Below are positions 1-9,172 of a DNA stretch of 56,338 nucleotides, one piece after another; within the stretch, counting starts at the first letter, position 1; the number at the start of each line of letters is the position of its first letter. Below the pieces are notes generated by a model, which saw only the letters and a list, made by a program, of their open reading frames with translations, did not search any database and had not been told where the DNA came from. A program made the position numbers and the translations under genes. Source of the stretch: an uncultured bacterium (GTDB lineage Bacteria > Hydrothermota > Tepidihabitantia > Tepidihabitantales > Tepidihabitantaceae); contig CBDUVZ010000003.1 of the NCBI GenBank assembly GCA_965370805.1, positions 1 to 56,338 of the forward strand, read 5' to 3'.

Positions 1-290
1 CGGAAGCGGAGGGAAAAACACCAAGGCACCAAGAGCACGAAGAGGAAGAAACCACGGATGAACACGGATAGACACAGATGAGGACCGGGAGTCCGAACTC
101 GGCATTCGCCATTGTCTGGGCCGCCAAGAGCGTCAAGAGGACTTGTCATTGCGAGGAACGAAGTGACGCGGCAATCTCAAGCGCGGAAAACACAGAAGAG
201 GAAGAAACCACGGATGAACACGGGAGGAGAAGTCAGAATGCAGAAGTCCGAATTCGACATTCTCAATTCGTCATTCGGCGTTTCCTAATG
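1..290. repeat. Mosaic of short intergenic 'word' repeats (caccaaggcaccaagagcac; aaccacggatgaacacgga twice; gtcattgcgaggaacgaagtgacgcggcaatc; ttcgtcattcgg)
   Basis: The same words recur in either orientation at 9737-9990 and 49110-49450, and related ones at 22545-22775 and 27485-27660. For example, 12-75 is near-identical to the reverse complement of 49325-49405. No credible ORF. Confidence 0.7.
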
Positions 291-333
291 GTCTACACTC
301 TGAAATCGGACGACGGTCAGCGGATTGGGGGTG

Positions 334-546
334 CTATTCGAAGACCAGGTACTCGGAGAGAGCTTCCGGTTTGGGTACGGGCAGGTTGTCCTCGACCAAT
401 CCCTGGACGTGCATCCTGACCGCATCATACATGTTGCTTTCTGTCTCTTCGTAGGTCGTGCCGGTTGCGACACAGCCCGGCAGGTCCGGCGCATACGCCG
501 AGTAGTTGCCGTTGGCTTTCTCGATAACGATAAGAAACTTGCGCAT
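334..546 (-). CDS. hicB: HicB-family antitoxin (UPF0150)
   Basis: 70-aa ORF MRKFLIVIEKANGNYSAYAPDLPGCVATGTTYEE...; the Y-x-A-x-x-PDLPGC core is typical of HicB/UPF0150. It lies 2 nt downstream of a HicA-like reading frame. Confidence 0.8.
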   Translation of the reverse strand: MRKFLIVIEKANGNYSAYAPDLPGCVATGTTYEETESNMYDAVRMHVQGLVEDNLPVPKPEALSEYLVFE

Positions 547-548
547 GT

Positions 549-743
549 CTACCTCATCTCCTTGAGTCCTGCCTGCTTGAGGACGCTGTTCAGCGTCCCG
601 GGTGCCAGGTCATGGCCCGGCCGGCCGGCGATGGTCACCCTGCCAGGCTTGGCCGGATGCTCGATCCAAGGTTAGTGGAAAAACAGACGGCTGTCAAAAC
701 AGGGCGGGTCGGCTGCCGTCTGCGCGGATCCCGTGATCTGCAA
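549..743 (-). pseudogene. hicA: hicA toxin gene interrupted by an in-frame TAA
   Basis: Minus-strand frame has TTG at 743 (immediately after the TGA of the upstream gene) and an in-frame TAA at 672-674. Forty codons then follow: PWIEHPAKPGRVTIAGRPGHDLAPGTLNSVLKQAGLKEMR*, matching the HicA C-terminal signature (HP..PG.VT....DL..GTL.S.LKQAGL). Total length of 64 codons fits HicA. The N-terminal 23 codons are not HicA-like. Confidence 0.45.
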
Positions 744-1943
744 TCAGCGGTTCTGCTTCAGTCTCTGCAGGCGTTCCCTCACGGTTCTTGTCTGAGCGGC
801 ATCGTCCGACGGGGAGAGCGCCAAGTACTGATGGTACGACCGCGCTGCGTCCGCGACTCGTCCGAGGAGCTCTTCGACTTCGCCCCGGCCCAGCCAGAGG
901 TCGGGGTCTTTGGGGTTCAGATCGAGCGCCCTCAGAAAGCTGGCCAGGGCTTCCGGGTGGCGTCCCAGCCTAGCCAGTACAACTGCGCGGTTGTTCCACG
1001 CATCCGAGTCCCGGGATCGCGCATGCAGTGCCCGGTCGAAGGATGCCAGAGCATCCTCCCATTGGGCCGAGTCCATCTGGCTGTTGCCACGGTTGAACCA
1101 CCCCACAAAGTCGCTGGGCTCGGGCAACGGAGACTCCGATGATGACCGCTGGCGTTTGCCGTTCACGGGTGTGCTGCCCATGCCGGCAGCACACCCGTCC
1201 TTGGAACCCGCCAGCCTTCGGTAGACGAGGGCTGTCGCGACGAATCCTATCGGCACAGTTGCCAGAAGGCCGATCACCAGGCACAGCGCACCGAGCAGAT
1301 TGATGAGTCCAACGAGCAGGCAGAGCAAGAAGAGATCTTCCTTCACACCGTCGGTGATACGACCGCTCTCCTTGAGTGCGGCAACTGGTCCCAGTCGTTT
1401 GTCGACTATTAAGTATCCATAGAACTGGAACTTGAGAGCCCAGATAATCCCAGGCACAATCACTAGAAGGCAACCTCCGAGAACGATGAGGTGATAGAGA
1501 ACTGTGCCCGCGACGTAGTTGAGGAGCATGCGGGCATTCGGTATTAGGTCGGAGAATGAACCTTTGCCTTCAGTGCTTACCCGTAGCGAAATCCGTACCC
1601 AAGCCATGTCGACTGCAGTCTTGGTTACAACATCAATGACGGCGGAAAGCAAGTAGAGCGCGAGCGCAATTGCAGCAACCAGCAGGGCTAGGGCGACCGC
1701 GGGGCCGGACGAGGCGTCGCCCCATGGGAACTCGCCTAGCAAATAGCTTGGCAGACCCAGCACTGACTGCAATATCCACAGGGAGGAGAAAATGCTCACG
1801 GTGATAGCAGCTATGCCCACGAAGAACCCAAGGTTCTCCGTCATTGCACGCCAACCGCCGCTAAGAGCTTGAGAGATTGAGAAATGCCGACGCTCGTCTC
1901 GGGACTGAACCTGCGACGGGACTTTGGGGTCAGGTCTTGGCAT
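744..1943 (-). CDS. Multi-pass membrane protein with C-terminal TPR repeats
   Basis: 399-aa ORF. Several hydrophobic helices lie in residues ~40-240. The C-terminal ~130 aa carry TPR-like repeats (WEDALASFDRALHARSRDSDAWNNRAVVLARLGRHPEALASFLRALDLNPKDPDLW). Confidence 0.7.
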   Translation of the reverse strand: MPRPDPKVPSQVQSRDERRHFSISQALSGGWRAMTENLGFFVGIAAITVSIFSSLWILQSVLGLPSYLLGEFPWGDASSGPAVALALLVAAIALALYLLSAVIDVVTKTAVDMAWVRISLRVSTEGKGSFSDLIPNARMLLNYVAGTVLYHLIVLGGCLLVIVPGIIWALKFQFYGYLIVDKRLGPVAALKESGRITDGVKEDLFLLCLLVGLINLLGALCLVIGLLATVPIGFVATALVYRRLAGSKDGCAAGMGSTPVNGKRQRSSSESPLPEPSDFVGWFNRGNSQMDSAQWEDALASFDRALHARSRDSDAWNNRAVVLARLGRHPEALASFLRALDLNPKDPDLWLGRGEVEELLGRVADAARSYHQYLALSPSDDAAQTRTVRERLQRLKQNR

Positions 1944-1952
1944 TGTCCAGTC

Positions 1953-3203
1953 CTACCCATCCAACTTCGTCTGTTCGGGGTCGCTCTTGGCCTCTGTGGA
2001 TGCTTCGTCGGGCTTCGCCCGGGCTGTCTTGCGCCGCAGCCTGCGCCAGACCCAGCCTCCCAGTCCCAGAAGCATTGCGACCAGCAGGTAGCGGATGAAC
2101 TCGGTGCCGCAAGCCCTCACGTGAGCCTCGGGGGCGCTCATGCCTGGTGTCATCTTCACAGTGAACTCGCCTCCTGGTACGGGAGTGGCCTCGTTGTCGT
2201 GGAACTCTAGAGTGCTGAGTAGTCGTCTGAACCGCTTGGCCTCCTCGCCGCCCTTGCCCAGCGTGCCGTGAAAGATCATCAGGTGGCCACGATGCTCGAA
2301 GTAGTAGTTGATGGTACGGATGCCACGCAGGTCACCGTCGGGACCGATGTAGCTGTAAGTGAAGTCCGCCCACAGGCTATGCCGTCCCGCCACCGTGTCC
2401 CTACCTACTGAGTCAATTCGAAAGGCGATTGACTTCGACCGCATGGGGTGCTCCTGCAACATGGCTCGGATATCCGTCGGTGATAAGTCGCCGATGTCGG
2501 CATCTACCTCCAGTTTGAAGGCTGAGACCAGCAGCATTCGGCGTGCCCAGCCATCATCGAATACGAGCTTGAGGAGTATTTCCTCGGCTATGCCGCCCTT
2601 GCGAACCCACCCCTTGGGTATTGTCAGCGAGAAGCCGTAGAGGCTGTCGACGTATCTGATGCCTTCAGGCACAGATGGGGAACTGGCAGCGGCCGCTGGC
2701 GCTCGGAAAGACCTCGCTACCTCAGCGAAGATGCCTCGATACCGCTTGTAGTAGCGGGGGTGCGCCGATGACCCGATCGTGTAGACGAGGTCGCCTTTGA
2801 GGATGTAGGTTGTCCTGGCCGTCCTGGGAGGAAACAACGCCGGCGGGTGTATTTCGTACGCCAGCCATCTACCAGTGACTTCGCCGCACGTATCAACACC
2901 CGACCCGAGGTACGAGCACTCGGCACCATCTGCGGACCCCACGATCATGTCGTACAGCTCCCGCGGAGCATAGTTCTCCACGCCGATGCGGTTCTCCGCG
3001 CAACTGACCACAATCGTCGCCGTGTCCTTGAGGTCCCGAAGTCTCGCCTTGACCAAGGTCCCCTTCAGCACCCCTTCATCCACGACCCATCCCGTTGGGA
3101 AGTCGATGGAGAACGAGGCGTCCGGCGCAACGTAGTGGCTTCTCGCCATGACAGACCCCGATGACAATGTGAGCACAAGCAGGCCGATTCCGACGGGTTT
3201 CAT
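1953..3203 (-). CDS. Secreted/anchored hypothetical protein with an internal two-domain duplication
   Basis: 416 aa. Signal peptide MKPVGIGLLVLTLSSGSVMA. Two related halves (FSIDFPTGWVVDE... / FSLTIPKGWVRKG...) resemble DcrB/PsbP-like folds. C-terminal TM helix (LLVAMLLGLGGWVW) plus a basic tail. Confidence 0.65.
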   Translation of the reverse strand: MKPVGIGLLVLTLSSGSVMARSHYVAPDASFSIDFPTGWVVDEGVLKGTLVKARLRDLKDTATIVVSCAENRIGVENYAPRELYDMIVGSADGAECSYLGSGVDTCGEVTGRWLAYEIHPPALFPPRTARTTYILKGDLVYTIGSSAHPRYYKRYRGIFAEVARSFRAPAAAASSPSVPEGIRYVDSLYGFSLTIPKGWVRKGGIAEEILLKLVFDDGWARRMLLVSAFKLEVDADIGDLSPTDIRAMLQEHPMRSKSIAFRIDSVGRDTVAGRHSLWADFTYSYIGPDGDLRGIRTINYYFEHRGHLMIFHGTLGKGGEEAKRFRRLLSTLEFHDNEATPVPGGEFTVKMTPGMSAPEAHVRACGTEFIRYLLVAMLLGLGGWVWRRLRRKTARAKPDEASTEAKSDPEQTKLDG

Positions 3204-3268
3204 CTCGAACTACCCCTACCCATCCAACTTCTTCTGTTCCACTTTTCAATCCTCAAGGTCAGGGTTGC

Positions 3269-3628
3269 TCACGGTGTCAGTATCGTTACGCCTACGGCGA
3301 GAACCAGCCCGAGCACTCCGACCGTCAACGCGATGCATATGCTGACAAACCATCTCGTGTCAGTTCTTACCCTACCCATATCCCTCTCTAGGATGGCCGA
3401 ATACCGTTCCAGCATGTTGACCCGGGCCGCAAGCTCTTGGATGGGCCGTTGGACCGTGCCACCGTTGTCCGACGACCCAAATCTCAGGTTCTCCGCAAGG
3501 CGGCTGGGGCGGCGAGCCTTTATTGGCCCTCTATATCTGGCCGTGCGACGCCAGATGAGGGCTGCTAGTACGACGACGCTTATCAGGGACGCAGCGGCTC
3601 CGATTGCCGCGCCAATTGCTTCTATCAT
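3269..3628 (-). CDS. Small membrane protein, unknown function
   Basis: 119-aa ORF with N- and C-terminal hydrophobic helices. AAAGGAG lies 5 nt upstream of the ATG (ggaaaggagcaacATG). Confidence 0.5.
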   Translation of the reverse strand: MIEAIGAAIGAAASLISVVVLAALIWRRTARYRGPIKARRPSRLAENLRFGSSDNGGTVQRPIQELAARVNMLERYSAILERDMGRVRTDTRWFVSICIALTVGVLGLVLAVGVTILTP

Positions 3629-4329
3629 GTTGCTCCTTTCCGACGGGGGGAGGGCACATTGCCTATTCTCTACCCATCCAACTTCGTCCGGTCTGCTCTC
3701 TTATCCATCTTCATGGCGGCGGGAGGCATTCCGGGTCTTGGATTTCAGATTGCTGATTGCGGATTGCGGAATTCTCGTGGTGGACCCGGTTGGGATAGGC
3801 ACCGGAGGACCGTTGCCAGTCCCTGTCCGTTTTGGTGCGCCCTTCAGCATAGACCTACTTATACCGGCCTCCGGCCCGGAGTCAAGGGCGGGGTTGTCAC
3901 GTCGGGCTGCGGCCTGCTGTTCTACCGAGAAGGAAGACTGCCGTGTTTCCAACGTTGGGCCAAAGGGGCCGCGTTGTCTTGTTTGTTGGGAACCCGAATC
4001 AGAATCTGAAGCCGGACGCCGTCCGGTTCTGTTCGATCCGTGTTCGCAAAGCCCTCACTTTTCGTTTGGCTTTCTGCTTTTCGATTTCGCCGTTTTTCCT
4101 GCGGGAAGGCGCGGCGGCGGCTGGCTTTTTGCTGTTGTTTTCCGGCTTGCCGTCGTGCCCTTCGTTTTCGTCGCGGACAAGCACAAGCTTGGCCGGGTCC
4201 GGGGTGGCTCCCCGGGGGAGCAGCTAGCGAGGCTGGAGCGATGCGGCGCGGCGGTTTTCCCTGCTGCTGCCGGACGGGCCGGTGGGCTTGACACGGCGGG
4301 GTGCGCGAATAGAGTTCTAGGCGAGGATT

Positions 4330-6243
4330 TTGTTGACCGGTTTCCCCAAGTGGTTTCGCCTGCCGGCGCTGCTGCCCGTGCTTGTATTGCTGGGCGGCGG
4401 GTGCGCCTATTTCAATACTTTCTACAACGCCCAGACGTTCTACAAGGAGGGCGTGAAGTTCAAGGAGCAGCGGTCGATGGTTCAGGCCAAGGCCAAGTTC
4501 GAGAAGTCAATCGAGAAGTCGGCGCTGGTGATTTCCCGGTGGCCGAAGTCGCAGTGGGTGGATGATGCGACTTACCTTGTCGGGATGTGTTACTACGAGA
4601 TGGGGAGCTACGAGAAGGCAATCCGCCATTTCGAGTGGCTGGTGCTGGCGTTTCCCGAGTCGAAGCTGGTTCCCGAGGCGGAGTTGTATCGGGGACTGGC
4701 ACTGCTCAAGAGCGAGGATTTCGGCGTGGCCGGAGTCGTGCTCGGCGCTGTCAGGGCGAAGTATCCGCAACTCCGGGCCAAGGCCGCATTCTACCAGGCC
4801 GAGGCTTTTTACGAGCGGGAGGATTACCCCCAGGCGGTGGATTCGCTGTCCGGGTTCGTCGAGCAGTTCCCGCGTTCCCGCTACGTTCCCGAGGCGGTTC
4901 TTCACCTGGCCGAGAGCGGTTTCCGTCTGGAGCGGTGGGAGGATGCCGAGCGTTGGTATGAGCAGTGCGTCCGGTTGGAGCGCGACCCGAAGAAGCGGGT
5001 GTCGGCCAAGTTGAAGGTAGTGGCCTGCCGGCTGGCGCAGGGCAAGGGTGAGCAGGCTGCGGAGCAGGTTCGCGACGTAATCGGGCGGTATCCGGACCTG
5101 GATGACGAGGCCTACCTGCTGCTGGGGCGTTCGCTGGCGGAGTTGGAGCAGCATGAGGACGCGATTGCGGCGTGGGTGAAGGTCCGGGGCTCGAATGCCC
5201 TCGGGGCCGAGGCGTTCTTCCGGGTCGGCAAGTACCGCGAGGAGCATAAGGATTTCCTGACGGCCCGGGCGTACTACGACACCGCGAAGAGCCGCCGGGC
5301 GAATTCCGATTACGGGGTGCTGGCGGTGAAACGGTTGTCGCTGCTTGACGCCCTTGCCGAGCGGGATTCGAGCGACGTGGAGCCGGCCGAAGCGATGTTC
5401 CTGCTGGCCGAGGTGCACAATCTGAATCTCGCCGACTACGATGAGGCGATGCGTCTGTACCAGTCGGTGCACGATTCTTTCCCGGAGAGCGACTGGGCGC
5501 CGAAGGGGCTGTTTGCCAAGGCCTGGATACTGAAGCATGTGGAGGATGATTCGGCCGCGGTGCCGGGATTGCTGCGGCAGATTATCGCCGAGTACCCGGA
5601 TACCGAGTACGCCGACGAGTCGCGGAGATGGCTCGGACTGCCGGTACCTTACCGGGCACCGAAGGAGCCGGAGCCGGTCGTGGTGGTTGTGGACAGCGCC
5701 GAACTGGTGATGGAGCCGGTCGAGGCCGAATCAGTACCGTCCCCGGAGCCGGGGGAGAAGCCGGAGTTTGCCGAAGAGGAGTTGGGTGAAGTGAGCGTCC
5801 GGATTGAGGATATGCCCGGTCGGTTCGAGGAGCCGGTCGAAGCCGAGTCCGTGCCTGAGCCGCGGCCGGAATCCGTACCCGGACCGGTCCCGGCGGAGCC
5901 GGACACGGCCCAGCCCGAGGTCGCGCTTGAGATTGTCCATTTCGATTACGACCGCTGGCTGATCAAGGAACCTGATATCAGGGCGCTGGTGCGCGGGGCG
6001 GGTGCTCTGCTCGAACGTCCCGAAATCGAGGTCGAAATCGTCGGCCACTGCGACCCGCGCGGGACCGATGAGTACAATACGAAACTGGGGCTGAAGCGGG
6101 CGCGCGCGGTCAGGAAATTCCTGGTCAGGTCCGGGGTTGCGGAGGAACGGCTGACGGTGCGAAGCGAAGGCGAGAGCAGACCGATATCAACGACACCCGA
6201 GGAGTACTGGCTGGACCGGCGTGTGGAGTTCAAGGTCCGGTGA
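4330..6243 (+). CDS. TPR-repeat lipoprotein with C-terminal OmpA/Pal-like peptidoglycan-binding domain
   Basis: TTG start; lipobox LLGGGC; YbgF/TPR-like repeats; PE-rich acidic linker. C-terminal OmpA-like domain: VHFDYDRW...GHCDPRGTDEYNTKLGLKRARAVRKFL...RRVEFKV. Confidence 0.85.
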   Translation: MLTGFPKWFRLPALLPVLVLLGGGCAYFNTFYNAQTFYKEGVKFKEQRSMVQAKAKFEKSIEKSALVISRWPKSQWVDDATYLVGMCYYEMGSYEKAIRHFEWLVLAFPESKLVPEAELYRGLALLKSEDFGVAGVVLGAVRAKYPQLRAKAAFYQAEAFYEREDYPQAVDSLSGFVEQFPRSRYVPEAVLHLAESGFRLERWEDAERWYEQCVRLERDPKKRVSAKLKVVACRLAQGKGEQAAEQVRDVIGRYPDLDDEAYLLLGRSLAELEQHEDAIAAWVKVRGSNALGAEAFFRVGKYREEHKDFLTARAYYDTAKSRRANSDYGVLAVKRLSLLDALAERDSSDVEPAEAMFLLAEVHNLNLADYDEAMRLYQSVHDSFPESDWAPKGLFAKAWILKHVEDDSAAVPGLLRQIIAEYPDTEYADESRRWLGLPVPYRAPKEPEPVVVVVDSAELVMEPVEAESVPSPEPGEKPEFAEEELGEVSVRIEDMPGRFEEPVEAESVPEPRPESVPGPVPAEPDTAQPEVALEIVHFDYDRWLIKEPDIRALVRGAGALLERPEIEVEIVGHCDPRGTDEYNTKLGLKRARAVRKFLVRSGVAEERLTVRSEGESRPISTTPEEYWLDRRVEFKVR

Positions 6244-6995
6244 AGCGGGTCGAAGCCCGGGTTGTTTCCAAACGCAGACTGACCGATGACATTTTTTCCC
6301 TCTGGATTGAGCAGTCGGAACTCGCCCGCCAGACAGCGCCGGGCCAGTTCCTGAACGTCAGGGTCGGCTCCGGGTCGGACCCGCTGCTGCGCCGGCCGAT
6401 TTCCGCGGCTGACGTCCGGGACGGGCAGGTACGGCTGGTGTTCCGGGTCGTGGGCCGGGGAACCGCGCTGCTGAGCCGGAGCCGGGCGGGCGATACCCTT
6501 GACGTCCTGGGGCCGCTGGGCAGGCCGGCACCGATACCGCGGGGCCGCAGCGTCCTGGTCTGCGGCGGCGGCGTGGGAGCCGCGCCGCTGTTCTTCCTGA
6601 CCCGGCGGCTGAAGGAACGGAACCGCGTGAAGGTCTTCCTCGGCGCGCGCAGCCGCGACCAGTTGATACTGGCGCGGGATTTCCGCGGCCTGGGCGTGCC
6701 GGTTGCGGTCGCCACCGATGACGGTAGCCTGGGCCGGCGCGGGACTGTGGTGGATTTGGCGGCGGAAGCGGTCGAGCAGGAGGCGAAACCGATGGTGATG
6801 GCGTGCGGACCGCGCGCGATGCTGGCCGCGCTGGTGGCTGCGGTTGACCCGGTTGAGACCTGGGGATTCGTCGAAGAGCGGATGGGCTGCGGCACCGGAA
6901 TCTGCTACTGCTGCGCACTGAAACGCAAGAGCGGCGGTTACGTCCGGGTCTGTGAGGACGGGCCGGTGGTGCTGCTCAACGAGGTCGAACTGTGA
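6240..6995 (+). CDS. pyrK: Dihydroorotate dehydrogenase electron-transfer subunit
   Basis: 251 aa. Ferredoxin-reductase-like (RRPISAA, GRGT, VCGGGVGAAPL). C-terminal 2Fe-2S cysteine cluster CGTGICYCC...C. Start overlaps the upstream stop and its own stop overlaps the pyrD start (GTGA). Confidence 0.9.
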   Translation: MKRVEARVVSKRRLTDDIFSLWIEQSELARQTAPGQFLNVRVGSGSDPLLRRPISAADVRDGQVRLVFRVVGRGTALLSRSRAGDTLDVLGPLGRPAPIPRGRSVLVCGGGVGAAPLFFLTRRLKERNRVKVFLGARSRDQLILARDFRGLGVPVAVATDDGSLGRRGTVVDLAAEAVEQEAKPMVMACGPRAMLAALVAAVDPVETWGFVEERMGCGTGICYCCALKRKSGGYVRVCEDGPVVLLNEVEL

Positions 6996-7894
6996 CCTGG
7001 GCGGTGAAGCTGGGCCGGACTGTGTTTGCGAACCCGGTGCTGGCCGCGTCGGGTACGTTCGGGTTCGGGCTGCAGTTCCCGAAGGTGGCCGACCGCATCG
7101 GCGGGGTGGTGACCAAGGGTATCACGCTCCAGCCCCGGGCCGGGAACCCACCGCCGCGCATCCATGAGTTCCCGGGCGGGATACTGAATTCGGTCGGGCT
7201 GGAGAACCCGGGGCTGGATGAGTTCCGGAAAACGGTGCTGCCGCAGATGGCGAAGCTGAAATGCCGGGTGGTCGTCAATGTGGCCGGGTTCACGACGAGC
7301 GAGTACGTGCGGATAGTCGAAGGGCTGGGTCCCCGGCGGGTTGACGCAATCGAGCTCAATGTGTCGTGTCCCAATGTCAGGAAAGGCGGGGTTGCGTTCG
7401 GCCAGAACCCGAGGATGGTTGAGAAGGTGACGAAAGCGGTGCGCAAGCACACCAGGAAGACCCTGATTGTCAAGCTGACCGGGAACCTGGTGGACCCGGT
7501 CGATACGGCGAAAGCGGCGGAGCAGGGCGGGGCGGATGCGGTAACCGTGCTGAACACGCTGTTCGGCCTGGCGCTGAACCCTGACGGCCGGCCGTTTCTC
7601 GGCGGCCGGACCGGCGGGATTTCCGGACCGGCTCTGAAGCCGTTCGCGCTGTTCTGCGTGGACCGGGTTGCGGCCGGGGTGAAGCTGCCGGTTATCGGCT
7701 GCGGCGGAATCATGACCGGCCGGGACGCGCTCGACTTCCTGAGCGCCGGGGCGCGGATGGTCCAGGTCGGCACCGCGAGCCTGGTGGACCCGCAGGCCCC
7801 GCTGAATGTCTGGCAGGAACTGAGGGGCCTGCTGCGCGCCGGCAGGACCAGGAAGTGGGACGATATTGTCGGCAGGACTAGGAGGCAGGATTGA
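6992..7894 (+). CDS. pyrD: Dihydroorotate dehydrogenase B catalytic subunit
   Basis: 300 aa. Class 1B DHODase motifs: NPVLAASGTFGFG, NSVGLENPG, ELNVSCPN, VKLTGN, GGISGPALKP, GCGGI. Confidence 0.95.
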   Translation: MTWAVKLGRTVFANPVLAASGTFGFGLQFPKVADRIGGVVTKGITLQPRAGNPPPRIHEFPGGILNSVGLENPGLDEFRKTVLPQMAKLKCRVVVNVAGFTTSEYVRIVEGLGPRRVDAIELNVSCPNVRKGGVAFGQNPRMVEKVTKAVRKHTRKTLIVKLTGNLVDPVDTAKAAEQGGADAVTVLNTLFGLALNPDGRPFLGGRTGGISGPALKPFALFCVDRVAAGVKLPVIGCGGIMTGRDALDFLSAGARMVQVGTASLVDPQAPLNVWQELRGLLRAGRTRKWDDIVGRTRRQD

Positions 7895-8598
7895 CCAGGC
7901 TGGCGTTTGCCCTGAACGTCGAGAGCGGCGAGCGGGCGTTTGAATGGCTGGAGCGCATCGGGCGCAAAGTGGACTTTTACAAGATACAGATGGACCTTTT
8001 CGGCCGGGCCGGGCCGAAACTGGTTCGGCGGTTCGTCGAGCAGGACGTGGACGTCTTCCTGGACCTGAAATTCCACGATATCCCGTCGGTTGTCGGCAAA
8101 GCGGTCAGCGCGGTCGCGGAACTCGGCGTCAAGTTGCTGACCGTGCACGCGACGGGCGGGCAGAAGATGCTCGAAGCCGCGGCCGAAGCAGCCCGGCGCG
8201 CGGGAGAGAAGCGGCCGCAGGTGCTCGGGGTGACAGTGCTGACCAGCCTCGACGCGGCGGAACTGGCCCGGGTCACCGGTGCGACCCAGGACGTCAGCGA
8301 GCGGGTGCTTGCTCTTGCCCGGCTGGCAAAGGAGTCAGGGTGCGATGGGGTGGTTGCTTCCCCGCACGAAATCGCGGCAATCAAGCGGGCCTGCGGCCGG
8401 GAGTTCATGGTCGTGACACCGGGCATCCGTTTGACGCCGCCGGGACCGGGTGATGACCAGTCCCGGTTCGCCACCCCGGCCCAGGCCGCGAGCGACGGCG
8501 CCGACTGCATCGTCGTCGGCCGGCCGATCTACCAGGCCCCGGACCCGGTCGCGGCAATCGCGGCAATCAGAGCGGAACTGGGAGGCGATAATGGCTGA
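7891..8598 (+). CDS. pyrF: Orotidine 5'-phosphate decarboxylase
   Basis: 235 aa. DLKFHDIP motif, TVHATGG, VVTPGIR, IVVGRPI. 4-nt overlap with pyrD. Confidence 0.9.
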   Translation: MTRLAFALNVESGERAFEWLERIGRKVDFYKIQMDLFGRAGPKLVRRFVEQDVDVFLDLKFHDIPSVVGKAVSAVAELGVKLLTVHATGGQKMLEAAAEAARRAGEKRPQVLGVTVLTSLDAAELARVTGATQDVSERVLALARLAKESGCDGVVASPHEIAAIKRACGREFMVVTPGIRLTPPGPGDDQSRFATPAQAASDGADCIVVGRPIYQAPDPVAAIAAIRAELGGDNG

Positions 8599-9172
8599 AG
8601 ACCTGGCAACGATTCTGAAACGGTACGGCGTGCTGCTGGACGGGCACTTCCTGCTCGCTTCGGGCCGGCACTCGGGCCAGTACTTCGAGAAGTTCAGGAT
8701 TCTCGAACACCCGGAACTGTGCGAGACCTTTTCCCGGCACGTCGCCGACCGGTTCCGCGAGCAGGGGATAACCGTTGTCTGCGGGCCGACGACCGGCGGA
8801 GTGATAATCGCCTACGAAGTGGCCCGGCAACTCGGGTGCCGGTGCATCATCGCGGAACGGACCGGGCAGGGGCGCAGCATCGGCCGGGGATTCCGCACCG
8901 CGGACGAGGACAGAATACTGGTGGTCGATGACGTGATGACCACCGGCGGTTCGATTGTCGAGACCCTGGCCGCGCTGGAGAAGATGCCGGGCACGGTCGT
9001 CGGCATCGGGGTGTTCATTGACCGGAGCGGAGGCAGGAACCGGCTCAAACAGCCGCATTTCGGGGTCTACGTGCAGACGGTTGAAACCTGGGAGCCGGAG
9101 CAGTGCCCGTTGTGCAAGCAGGGAGTTGCGCTGCAGACTCCGGGCCGGAGCGGCGACGCGGGAAAGACCTAG
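8591..9172 (+). CDS. pyrE: Orotate phosphoribosyltransferase
   Basis: Chosen start is the ATG at 8591 (MAEDLATILKRYG...); the longer ORF from 8450 is a Pro/Arg-rich overlap with pyrF. PRPP-binding motif ILVVDDVMTTGGS. Confidence 0.9.
   Translation: MAEDLATILKRYGVLLDGHFLLASGRHSGQYFEKFRILEHPELCETFSRHVADRFREQGITVVCGPTTGGVIIAYEVARQLGCRCIIAERTGQGRSIGRGFRTADEDRILVVDDVMTTGGSIVETLAALEKMPGTVVGIGVFIDRSGGRNRLKQPHFGVYVQTVETWEPEQCPLCKQGVALQTPGRSGDAGKT

Noticed and set aside
3333-4565. 410-aa plus-strand ORF spanning the 3269-3628 gene antisense and the whole 3.6-4.3 kb spacer
   Set aside because: Arg/Ala/Pro/Gly-rich composition typical of out-of-frame or antisense reading in GC-rich DNA. It runs through word repeats and overlaps the well-supported TPR/OmpA gene start. 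No SD or family signal.
6230-6918. Two Pro/Arg/Ser-rich minus-strand ORFs (221 and 186 aa) inside pyrK
   Set aside because: They are antisense to a gene with unambiguous PyrK motifs, and their composition is typical of GC-rich shadow frames.
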